From a virus: a stretch of DNA of 64,000 nt. Where the stretch lies: the IMG/VR virus record IMGVR_UViG_3300032753_000003, positions 96,001 through 160,000 of that record. One strand, given 5' to 3'. The notes below the pieces were generated by a model, which saw nothing but the letters and a program-made list of their open reading frames with translations, did not search any database and was not told the origin of the DNA. Shown piece by piece: positions 1 to 7,544 of this stretch (position 1 is the first letter of the stretch; each line of letters opens with the position of its first letter). The translations under genes were made by a program, and so were the position numbers.

Positions 1-738
1 TTTACTCCTCTCAAAAGTAAGCTGCGAACTGCTTTTGAAGAGCAGGGGTTTATTGACAACAATAACCTCGAGCGGATCAAGACAGGAAAGTCATATGAGA
101 CTCGCAATCTAAAAGTTATGCCGTTTGACCTTCAAGAAAAACTTCGCCAGAAAGGTTGGCGATTGTGAGACAACAAGACGTATGCCAATTGGCAGCCTGC
201 ACGGGCATTTGATGCTGCTAGTGATCCTGCATTTGATCTAAACACTCTAGTTGAGATCAAGGATGACTGCCACATGCTGGCTAACTATGCCGGACAAGTG
301 TTGCCTGTTGGAATTGAATTTGATTATATCTCACACGGTGGTATCACGGACGGACGGTACGATCTCGAAAAGCTAGCCAAACACCTATTGGCTCGTAACG
401 ATTGCAAGATTTACAAAGTTAATTATCGCGGCGATCTTTATGACACTACAAAGTATGCAACTACGGTAAAAGAAGCCATTGTTGACATTCCCTATTACAA
501 TGCCAACCATTATTGCCAAAAGACCATTTACTTCATTTGGCAACCAAATGCTGCTGACTACGCTCGTATGTGGGATTGGTGTATAGCCAACAACAAGAAG
601 TATCCTAGCACCAGTATGCATCAAGCGATCTTTGAATTGGATCTAATTGGTGCTCGTGCCGCTGGCGCTGCGCTGTTTGATAGCTATCACAAGAGCAAAG
701 AATACCATAATAGCAAATATACAGAAGATGATGATTAA
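1..738 (+). CDS. Hypothetical protein, 5' end outside window, with in-frame TGA at 166-168
   Basis: Frame 1 is open 1-165 and 169-735 (...KGWRL*DNKTYANW...) and continues into the 274..738 ORF. Confidence 0.6.
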
Positions 739-804
739 GAGGTTGACTGTTTCAAAATAGATGCTATTATCAATCATAGGCGATACAAACAAAAGGAGCA
801 CACA

Positions 805-858
805 ATGGGTGATACTGAGTTTGAAGACGACGAAGGCATCGTGTTTGACGAATATTGA
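805..858 (+). CDS. Tiny acidic ORF (17 aa)
   Basis: AGGAG RBS before ATG; MGDTEFEDDEGIVFDEY. Confidence 0.3.
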   Translation: MGDTEFEDDEGIVFDEY

Positions 859-884
859 TGCAGAAATAAAATTTTTATCGGGTA

Positions 885-915
885 TTGACACGATCTTTAA
901 CCGAGTGTATAAATA
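885..915 (+). promoter_or_regulatory. Composite sigma70/T4-late promoter for tRNA-array leader 1
   Basis: TTGACA 885-890, 17-nt spacer, TATAAATA 908-915. Confidence 0.8.
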
Positions 916-944
916 GAGATACGTTTAAAAGGGTTTAGTAAACT

Positions 945-1037
945 ATGCAACACCAGGTCAAACACCAGTTTAATATGGATTTGGAACGCGCCGCATGGTC
1001 GTATCTTACGATCTTGTACGGGGGTGTTGCAGTATGA
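945..1037 (+). CDS. Putative attenuator leader peptide 1 (30 aa)
   Basis: MQHQVKHQFNMDLERAAWSYLTILYGGVAV; lies between the promoter and the terminator. Confidence 0.7.
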   Translation: MQHQVKHQFNMDLERAAWSYLTILYGGVAV

Positions 1038-1064
1038 TGTGAATCGCACATCATATGTTACGCT

Positions 1065-1093
1065 AAACCCCCGGAGCAATCCGAGGGTTTTTT
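1065..1093 (+). terminator. Intrinsic terminator (attenuator 1)
   Basis: AAACCCCCGGA-GCAA-TCCGAGGGTTT followed by a T run. Confidence 0.8.
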
Positions 1094-1351
1094 ATTGAAG
1101 AATTTTGTAGGATAATAACCTTATCCTACAAATTATAGGAACGGGTTGCTAGAATCAACTGGTGGTAGTCTTCCCCCGTAACATAAGGAAGGCCCCTGAT
1201 TAGTGCGTCTCTGGTGTCAGAAGCCAGGCGATGAGGGTCAATAGCTTGGCCACGCGGACTCAACAGGAGAGATGTAACGAAGAATAAACACCAAAGTGTG
1301 TATATCTTCACGAGCATATATAGATGCTATATGTTCATGAAGATATATTAA

Positions 1352-1428
1352 CCGCCCATAGTTAACGTTGGCTATAATGCTGGTCCTTCAAACCGGAGTA
1401 GGGAGATCGACACTCCCTGGGCGGACCA
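1352..1428 (+). tRNA. tRNA-Glu(UUC), atypical C33 and T-loop AUCGACA
   Basis: Acceptor CCGCCCA/TGGGCGG, loop CCTTCAA, U11:A24, 4-nt variable region, CCA. Confidence 0.7.
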
Positions 1429-1437
1429 ATTCAAATT

Positions 1438-1515
1438 GCAAGGTGAGCTAGTTTGGTAATTCAGCGTCCCGCTGAAGACGGGAAGAACTCAGTTCGATTC
1501 TGAGACCTTGCACCA
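1438..1515 (+). tRNA. tRNA-Phe(GAA)
   Basis: Cloverleaf, loop CTGAAGA, CCA. Confidence 0.9.
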
Positions 1516-1516
1516 T

Positions 1517-1801
1517 TTATATAGTAGTATCATCCAACCAACGCATGATAGCAAACTGTAACATCCTAACTGCATCCTGAGGTGATATGTCAAACCATTC
1601 ACCTTTTAAGCGTATATGGTTAAGTTCTTTGTGCAGTTTGCGTTCCAATATACGAACACGGTCTTGGGGTACAGCTTCAAAGTGATGTATTTTGAGCTTG
1701 GTTGGGTTGCCTGTTTGTAAGGTGGCTAGACGCTTATTAACGTCTTTGGTGAATCCAATTTTTTGATAATTGTCGTCTGTACCTATTACATAAATGAACA
1801 T
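1517..1801 (-). CDS. GIY-YIG family (T5orf172/MUG113-like) endonuclease
   Basis: IYVIG...KIGFT...RLATLQTGNP...LE..LH...GEWF motifs; start set at MFIYV. Confidence 0.8.
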   Translation of the reverse strand: MFIYVIGTDDNYQKIGFTKDVNKRLATLQTGNPTKLKIHHFEAVPQDRVRILERKLHKELNHIRLKGEWFDISPQDAVRMLQFAIMRWLDDTTI

Positions 1802-1842
1802 AATATGTAATAGTACAACACAATAATGTATAATCCAAATAT

Positions 1843-1927
1843 GGGCAAGCGGTGCAGTTAGAGAGGCACGGCGGTCTGTAAAACCGTTCCGTACGGTGAG
1901 TAGGTGCAAATCCTACCTTGCCTACCA
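1843..1927 (+). tRNA. tRNA-Tyr(GUA)
   Basis: Loop CTGTAAA, long V-arm, T-loop TGCAAAT, CCA. Confidence 0.88.
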
Positions 1928-1929
1928 AT

Positions 1930-2015
1930 TTGAGTGGCAACGTCTAGGATGACGGCCCCGGCAGGGGGTAGCTTGGTTCGAACCCAAGGTTGACAGGGAC
2001 GCCTGGTCTACTCAA
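1930..2015 (+). ncRNA. tRNA-like structured RNA lacking an anticodon loop
   Basis: 8-bp closing stem TTGAGTGG/CTACTCAA; D-like hairpin, CCCC-GGCA-GGGG, T-like TTGG-TTCGAAC-CCAA, and CAGG-GACG-CCTG. Confidence 0.45.
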
Positions 2016-2061
2016 TACAAAAACAAGGGCAGGATGACGAATCCGTAAGACCCATGAATTT

Positions 2062-2152
2062 GGGGAGTACAATAAGGTCAGGCTGGTGCCGACGCTGCGC
2101 TGTAAACGCAGTCCTTAGAGGCAAGAGGTTCGATTCCATCTGCTCCCCACCA
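2062..2152 (+). tRNA. tRNA-Tyr(GUA), second copy
   Basis: Loop CTGTAAA, long V-arm, CCA. Confidence 0.88.
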
Positions 2153-2157
2153 ATTAT

Positions 2158-2246
2158 GGAGTGCGTATCTAGCCGGGGATGCTAGCACGGTCTCGAACAC
2201 CGTAGGAGCCGCAAGGCCAGGGGATCAATACCTCACCACTCCGCCA
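2158..2246 (+). tRNA. tRNA-Ser(CGA)
   Basis: Loop CTCGAAC, long V-arm, G73, CCA; T-loop ATCAATA. Confidence 0.82.
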
Positions 2247-2249
2247 TTT

Positions 2250-2325
2250 GCTCTCATCATCTAGCGGCCAAGGATACTGCCCTCTCAAGGCAGGCACGCG
2301 GGTTCAAATCCCGCTGGGAGCGCCA
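2250..2325 (+). tRNA. tRNA-Glu(CUC)
   Basis: Loop CTCTCAA, canonical T-arm, CCA. Confidence 0.9.
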
Positions 2326-2348
2326 ATTGCAACCAAAGGAGAACCACA

Positions 2349-2522
2349 ATGAAACAAAAACCTAACAAAATACCAAAAGCTAGAAACATAATGGTATCAG
2401 CTGCAATGTTTCGCAAAGCAGGCGCACATGTCAAGACCAACAAAGCCAAACGTAAATCACTCAAGCAGGAGTTTCAGCGTAACCTACGCAACAACAACGA
2501 TTTGTATTTGATTGCATATTGA
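2349..2522 (+). CDS. Small basic hypothetical protein (57 aa)
   Basis: AAGGAG RBS; MKQKPNKIPKARNIMVSAAMFRKAGAH... Confidence 0.6.
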   Translation: MKQKPNKIPKARNIMVSAAMFRKAGAHVKTNKAKRKSLKQEFQRNLRNNNDLYLIAY

Positions 2523-2586
2523 GTTAGTATGCAATCAAATACAAATTAAATAGTTACAAATATTATTCAAAGTTGGATGTATTCAA

Positions 2587-3171
2587 ATGAAAATATCGGA
2601 AATAACTTATGCCGATACTATTCCGGAACTCAATATAACAGATACTAGTTTTGCACAACACCTAGGTCAAATTGACAACCGCGACGTTTGGCTAATATCA
2701 GATCATAACTATTTTATACCATTTTTTAAAGACGGCTATGATAAAATTGCGGCCTATATAGCATTTACAATTGCAGAACACGACGGATTTGTAGATCTTG
2801 CTAGAATACATAATAAATCAAATACAGCAGGATTAATAACAGCGTTATTGCAATTTGCTAGGAGTAAAGGATTTAAGTTTTGCATTCCAAACACCGAACC
2901 CTTAACTACAGATGGGTTTAATTGGTTGGCAAAATTAATAGCCGCAGGCGGACGAGGATTTAATATAACTGATCAAAATCATAAACAAGTTGATATCAAC
3001 AGTCTCAAACAGGAACGGGAGACTGCAAGAAAAACAGGATCCCCGGGTAAAACTTCAATTTTTATTGAAGGACGTATTGATACCGATATAGGACAATCAC
3101 TACTAGAAAAATATCCCAGTGCATTGCTGAAACCAACTATTAGATTTATTGGCGACACAACATTAGATTAA
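2587..3171 (+). CDS. Hypothetical protein with MKISE N-terminus
   Basis: 194-aa ORF; TAAATA upstream. Confidence 0.7.
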   Translation: MKISEITYADTIPELNITDTSFAQHLGQIDNRDVWLISDHNYFIPFFKDGYDKIAAYIAFTIAEHDGFVDLARIHNKSNTAGLITALLQFARSKGFKFCIPNTEPLTTDGFNWLAKLIAAGGRGFNITDQNHKQVDINSLKQERETARKTGSPGKTSIFIEGRIDTDIGQSLLEKYPSALLKPTIRFIGDTTLD

Positions 3172-3179
3172 TAATTTTT

Positions 3180-3253
3180 GGGCTGTTAGTTAAGTGGGAT
3201 AACTTCGCCTCGGCATGGCGACATCGGGAGTTCAAATCTCCCACGGTCCACCA
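3180..3253 (+). tRNA. tRNA-Ala(GGC), atypical C33
   Basis: G3:U70 and A73; loop TCGGCAT; CCA. Confidence 0.82.
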
Positions 3254-3254
3254 C

Positions 3255-3329
3255 AGACACATAGCTTAGTGGTAAAGCGCCGTCCTGACTCGACGGAGAT
3301 TGATGGTTCGATCCCATCTGTGTCTACCA
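3255..3329 (+). tRNA. tRNA-Val(GAC)
   Basis: Loop CTGACTC, CCA. Confidence 0.9.
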
Positions 3330-3343
3330 CAATAGAAGTTTAT

Positions 3344-3427
3344 TCCTGGGTGGCGGAATGGTAAACGCACCTGACTGTTAATCAGACGCCGAAAGGCTTG
3401 CAGGTTCGAGTCCTGCTCCAGGAGCCA
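3344..3427 (+). tRNA. tRNA-Asn(GUU) with long variable arm
   Basis: Loop CTGTTAA, GCC-GAAA-GGC V-arm, G73, CCA. Confidence 0.82.
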
Positions 3428-3478
3428 AACAAACTATCGATCTTTGTGATAAATATTTTTATCACAGAGGTTTATACT

Positions 3479-4117
3479 ATGAAGATAAGCGAACTTGAAC
3501 GTAACTACATATCACAAAACGTACCTGATCCGCCTAGAGCTAAAGGTACATATAAGAACATAGTGCCTATGGTTATAGGGGATTATGAAGTTAGATACAA
3601 GAAGCAGCACGGATATACAGACATCAGTGTATGGGACAAGAATAACGGTGTTGCAGAACTTAGATTACAGCCTGCACAGTTCCAGGGTATTCAAGGTTAT
3701 CATGTAGCATGGGCATGATTGAATCCAAAATATAAAGGTCAGGGTATAGGATACGAGTTGTATAAAGGTTTAATTACACTGTGGAACATTACATTCATGC
3801 AAGCCGAAAGTCACAGTGCAGGCGCATCAAAGACCTGGGCACGACTAAGTCAAGAACCAAAAATATCGGCGTATGGGTTTGATATAAATGATCAGATTGT
3901 GTTTCCTGTGAAACCAAATGCAAGCAAGACAGAATTGGTATCCGCTAAAAAAGGTATAACCTTATATAATACATATTCTACCGCTCTAATGTTGTGCAAG
4001 CGAGGTAGCGCTAACGACAAGAGAATGGCAGATCTAATGGATAGAAGCATAAATCCTGCTAAGGTAAAGCCAGACTTGTTTGGTAACAAAACTTTCCATC
4101 CTTTGGAAAAATATTAA
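3479..4117 (+). CDS. GNAT-fold acetyltransferase-like protein split by in-frame TGA at 3716-3718
   Basis: Motif A NPKYKGQGIGYELY; colinear paralogue at 15937..16530 is uninterrupted. Confidence 0.7.
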
Positions 4118-4141
4118 TATAACTTGTATAACACATCTTAT

Positions 4142-4239
4142 TGCTGTGTAAGCTTTGGGCGTTTCGCGATCCCGAAGATATAGGATACTGACGTCAGTTT
4201 CGCAACAAAATGCATGTGAAACTCATGCCACAGCAGCCA
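4142..4239 (+). ncRNA. tRNA-like RNA with expanded anticodon region
   Basis: Acceptor TGCTGTG/CACAGCA plus GCCA end; T-arm GCATG-TGAAACT-CATGC; 30-nt loop in place of the anticodon loop. Confidence 0.5.
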
Positions 4240-4341
4240 AATTTACCGTTGACACTATCTGCAGAGATGCTATTATCTTATTGTTGGTATTGCAAATTAC
4301 TTTGCATTTGGAGATAACTGTGATGCACCAGTAACAGATTT

Positions 4342-4419
4342 GGACCGTTAGCTGAGTTGGTTCTAGCGGGAGGCTCTTAACCTCCGTCTACGTAGGTTCA
4401 AATCCTACACGGTCTACCA
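4342..4419 (+). tRNA. tRNA-Lys(CUU)
   Basis: Loop CTCTTAA, CCA. Confidence 0.92.
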
Positions 4420-4427
4420 AAGTTAAT

Positions 4428-4503
4428 GGACCCTTAGCTCAATAGGTAGAGCAGTGGACTTTTAATCCAAAGGCTGCCGGTTCAAGTCCGGCAGGGTCTA
4501 CCA
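4428..4503 (+). tRNA. tRNA-Lys(UUU)
   Basis: Loop CTTTTAA, CCA. Confidence 0.92.
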
Positions 4504-4831
4504 AACGATCCCCATGTGCAAACATAGAGGGTCTTGCAGATAGCTTAGAGCTATAACTGGACAATAGTAACTGTTGCAGTTGCAAGCGTATGCTGAAGTA
4601 CGAAACCGTTCAGTATGCTCGATGATGTGAAGCGAGCAGTCACTAGCTTGGCTAAAGGGTATGTTACCCATGCTAATAACAGTTGACAGTGTCGTTAAAG
4701 ACGTTATTATATAGATGTTGAGATTGAAACGGTAAGATCCATATTAGAGGCTAGGACGCAACGGCGACTCAAGCGCTGAGATTGGAAAACTGTGCAGGCG
4801 GGGAAGGGGGCCAAGCACGGAAACGAGATTT

Positions 4832-4906
4832 GGACTGGTAGCTCAAAGGAGGAGCAGCCCGCTCATAACGGGAAGGTTGAGATATCATAATTCTCCCGGT
4901 CCACCA
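4832..4906 (+). tRNA. tRNA-CAU (Met or Ile2)
   Basis: Loop CTCATAA, T-loop ATCATAA, CCA. Confidence 0.75.
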
Positions 4907-4915
4907 TTATACAAC

Positions 4916-4993
4916 GCCCTGTTAGCCCAACTGGCTAGAGGCGCCTGCCTCAGGAGCAGGATGTTGCTGGTTCGAATCCAGTGCAGGGCACCA
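4916..4993 (+). tRNA. tRNA-Leu(CAG) with short variable region
   Basis: Loop CTCAGGA, 5-nt V region, A73, CCA. Confidence 0.8.
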
Positions 4994-4998
4994 ATATT

Positions 4999-5086
4999 GC
5001 GCTTGTGGAGAAATGTTTGGTATACTCGCTGTCTTGAGGAGGCAGTGCCGCAAGGATTGTGGGTTCAAATCCCACCAAGCGCACCA
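4999..5086 (+). tRNA. tRNA-Leu(GAG)
   Basis: Loop TTGAGGA, long V-arm, CCA. Confidence 0.88.
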
Positions 5087-5093
5087 AGAATAG

Positions 5094-5175
5094 GCCCGGG
5101 TAGAGAAATGGTAAACTCAGGAGTCTCAAAAACTCCCGCGCAAGCTTGTCGGTTCGAGTCCGACCCCGGGCACCA
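5094..5175 (+). tRNA. tRNA-Leu(CAA)
   Basis: Loop CTCAAAA, V-arm, CCA. Confidence 0.9.
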
Positions 5176-5291
5176 AAGTTTAGAGCCAGCCATAGGCTCA
5201 GGGTATGTCCTATACCCAGCATCAACGGCATGATGCTTAATGTGCGCAGTGCGAGCATGACTGCAATCATATGGACGACTATGAGTAATGA

Positions 5292-5379
5292 TCAGGGATA
5301 GTTTAATTGGTAAAACTCCAGACTCTGACTCTGGCAACAGATAATGCTAGTCCACGTTCGAATCGTGGTCCCTGAACCA
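5292..5379 (+). tRNA. tRNA-Gln(CUG) with long unpaired variable region
   Basis: Acceptor TCAGGGA/TCCCTGA, loop CTCTGAC, insert CAACAGATAATGCTAGT. Confidence 0.8.
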
Positions 5380-5406
5380 ATCAATAAATATTGTAGGAGG
5401 TGTATC

Positions 5407-5619
5407 ATGAAAACTGTTATTGTAGTTAGGCCGCGCGGCGGATGGCGATATGGATTTCCCAAGACATTGCCACCTGAAGACGATGTAGTCTGGACCAACA
5501 AGCAACACCTAAACTTCAAAGAGAAATTGGTTTGGTGGTTGCGTTATCAAAATTATCCAGATTGGTTGATCAAGAGTATTGGAGATTTAAACAACATACT
5601 TGAATTTAATCAAGTATAA
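5407..5619 (+). CDS. Hypothetical phage protein (GWRYGFPK motif)
   Basis: AGGAGG RBS before ATG 5407. Confidence 0.7.
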   Translation: MKTVIVVRPRGGWRYGFPKTLPPEDDVVWTNKQHLNFKEKLVWWLRYQNYPDWLIKSIGDLNNILEFNQV

Positions 5620-5621
5620 TT

Positions 5622-5704
5622 TGAGGATGTAGTTCAATTAGTAGAACTGCTAACTTTGACTCTGGCAACAGATAATGCTAGTCCATGTTTGAATCGTTGT
5701 CCAT
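5622..5704 (+). pseudogene. Chimeric, degenerate tRNA-Gln(UUG)
   Basis: 5' half with loop CTTTGAC joined to a copy of the 3' half of tRNA-Gln(CUG); stems broken; no CCA. Confidence 0.65.
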
Positions 5705-5717
5705 AAAACAATTATAT

Positions 5718-5907
5718 TTGCTGTAGACAATGCAGTGATCTAGTGGAATTCCTGTGACTACGGCTGCGACGGCGGCGGGCAGGAGTTGCGATATCCGTTC
5801 TGTGTCAGCTTAGGTGCGCACCCAAGCTGTTACTAGATTGGAGAATGCTTAAGATACGATCCGCGGAGGCTCGAAACACCCAGGTAGATCTGCATTGTCT
5901 ACAGCAA
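5718..5907 (+). ncRNA. Unknown ~190-nt structured RNA
   Basis: Perfect 18-bp terminal stem 5718-5735/5890-5907 enclosing GC-rich hairpins. Confidence 0.6.
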
Positions 5908-5915
5908 TATGTATG

Positions 5916-6067
5916 TTCGGGATGGGGAAATGGTATACCCGCCGGCGTGAAGGCTGGAGGTTGTAACAGGTACGGTGAGTTTTACCAGTAGTAAGCTGCA
6001 GACGAGGCTGGTAGCAAGAGACGTATGTCTGACAACGTTGTAGGTTCGAGTCCTACTCCCGACACCA
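5916..6067 (+). ncRNA. tRNA-like RNA (152 nt) with very large variable-arm insertion
   Basis: Acceptor TTCGGGA/TCCCGAC plus ACCA, Leu-type D-arm, canonical T-arm, 6-nt loop GTGAAG, ~80-nt branched insert. Confidence 0.65.
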
Positions 6068-6068
6068 C

Positions 6069-6142
6069 AGGGGTGTAGTTCAAAGGAAGAATAATAGTCT
6101 CCAAAACTATCGATGCAGTGTCAGGATCTGCCACCCCTGCCA
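6069..6142 (+). tRNA. tRNA-Trp(CCA) with U11:A24 and T-loop GUCAGGA
   Basis: Loop CTCCAAA, G73, CCA. Confidence 0.82.
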
Positions 6143-6154
6143 ATAAATATCAAC

Positions 6155-6325
6155 ATGAAAATGTCAGAGATATCAAAACCCATGACTATCAGAAGCGCTA
6201 CTGACAGCCACGGCAATGTAAGTAGAGCCAAAGCTGAACGCATATATGATCCCAAGGGTTGGTTCAAAAAGAACAAGAGCAGGATAAGCAAGAGATTTAA
6301 GCCTGCAGGCGGCTCTGTTAGTTAA
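6155..6325 (+). CDS. Small basic protein with MKMSE N-terminus; stop lies inside tRNA-Thr
   Basis: TAAATA immediately upstream; 56 aa. Confidence 0.55.
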   Translation: MKMSEISKPMTIRSATDSHGNVSRAKAERIYDPKGWFKKNKSRISKRFKPAGGSVS

Positions 6326-6385
6326 GTGATATAACAGCTGATTCGTAACCAGCAATCGACAGTTTGATTCTGTCACGGAGCACCA
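6312..6385 (+). tRNA. tRNA-Thr(CGU)
   Basis: Loop TTCGTAA, CCA. Confidence 0.82.
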
Positions 6386-6391
6386 ATCAAT

Positions 6392-6468
6392 GCCAGTGGG
6401 GAGGTAGTGGATATCTCACCATCCTCATAAGGTGGCTAAACAGATTTCGAGTATCTGCACCGGCACCA
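6392..6468 (+). tRNA. tRNA-CAU (probably Met)
   Basis: Loop CTCATAA, canonical T-arm, CCA. Confidence 0.75.
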
Positions 6469-6508
6469 TATTTCAATATAACTGCATTTACACCCGGTAA
6501 ATAACGAT

Positions 6509-6655
6509 ATGAAGCAACTTTTTATCAAATTAAGCTATTGTTGGCACATACCAATCAATATGGTTTCAAAATTCTTTAAGAGAATAAAACAAAAACATGA
6601 GTTCCACAAAAGTATGAAGAAGATGCGCAAACGAAATCCATTTATCTATAGATGA
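6509..6655 (+). CDS. Small basic ORF (48 aa, ends RKRNPFIYR)
   Basis: ATGA overlap with the next gene; resembles 7434..7544. Confidence 0.6.
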   Translation: MKQLFIKLSYCWHIPINMVSKFFKRIKQKHEFHKSMKKMRKRNPFIYR

Positions 6656-7437
6656 GAATTATCGTGTCTGATCATAAACCAACGATTGCATTTTGTGGAG
6701 ATAGTTTTTGCGAATATGTAGACGATTGGAATCCGCAAGGTAGAACTTGGTTGAGATCAATAGTTGATCATTATGGATACAATGTTGTGCATAGTGGATT
6801 TGGTGGTAGCAGCATCTGGGATCTAGCAGTTATACAACTGCCCAAACTTTTGAAAGTAAAAAGTCTAATAGATGTTAACCAAGATACAGTATGTCCAGAT
6901 ACATTAATTATTACTATCACAAGTTCTTATAGAGTGTTTGATCGAACGCATAGAAATATAGGAAAATGGGTAATTGATAGCCAAAATTCAAAAACAGATC
7001 CAGTGTTATCAGCAGCCAGAGAATATTATCTGTGGTTATGGGACCAAGACAAAAGCTACCTAGAGGACAAAATGCTGATGCATTACCTCGACACAGTGGT
7101 ATTTGATCAATTAAAAAATAGATGCAAGATAATCTGCATGTGGTCATTTGGTACTATCAAATGGGATAATTTTGAACAACAGCACCCATTAGTAACGCAA
7201 TATGCACATATATGGGAAAATGCAGCCGAGATAAGGCCTAGCTTGCATAGTGTAAGCGTTATAGATAACAAATGGGGATTTTGGGATAATCTAGATCCTA
7301 GACCAAATCATCTAGAAGATCACAAGAATCCAATTGTGTTTGAAATGGTAAAAGATGCTATAGATCATTACGAGCCTGGCAAGATTTTTGATAACAGCAA
7401 TAAAATTGCAAAGCTCTGGGAAGGTTGGAAAAGATGA
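6652..7437 (+). CDS. SGNH/GDSL hydrolase-like protein
   Basis: FCGDSF block I, GGSS, and C-terminal DPRPNHL. Confidence 0.55.
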   Translation: MRIIVSDHKPTIAFCGDSFCEYVDDWNPQGRTWLRSIVDHYGYNVVHSGFGGSSIWDLAVIQLPKLLKVKSLIDVNQDTVCPDTLIITITSSYRVFDRTHRNIGKWVIDSQNSKTDPVLSAAREYYLWLWDQDKSYLEDKMLMHYLDTVVFDQLKNRCKIICMWSFGTIKWDNFEQQHPLVTQYAHIWENAAEIRPSLHSVSVIDNKWGFWDNLDPRPNHLEDHKNPIVFEMVKDAIDHYEPGKIFDNSNKIAKLWEGWKR

Positions 7438-7544
7438 GTTTGATCAAATGGTTCAAAAACAAATGGCACATGATATCATTGCATATGCATAAACGCAAAC
7501 GTTTGGCAGAATTGCGTAAATCTAAAGATTACATATATAAATGA
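7434..7544 (+). CDS. Small basic ORF (36 aa, ends RKSKDYIYK)
   Basis: ATGA overlaps at both ends. Confidence 0.6.
   Translation: MSLIKWFKNKWHMISLHMHKRKRLAELRKSKDYIYK

Noticed and set aside
1380-1396. Reading the 1352 tRNA as a UCA opal suppressor (CTTCAAA)
   Set aside because: That register leaves the anticodon stem unpaired. The paired register centres TTC, and U11:A24 plus the 4-nt variable region fit Glu.
3719-4117. Treating 3398..3718 and 3719..4117 as two separate genes
   Set aside because: They are in the same frame, separated by one TGA, and together align end to end with paralogue 15937..16530.
4877-5519. ORF-track entries over tRNA clusters (4877, 4950, 5065, 5292; also 10306, 11321, 14391, 15810, 42956)
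   Set aside because: They are incidental translations of GC-rich tRNA genes, without RBS or protein-like features.
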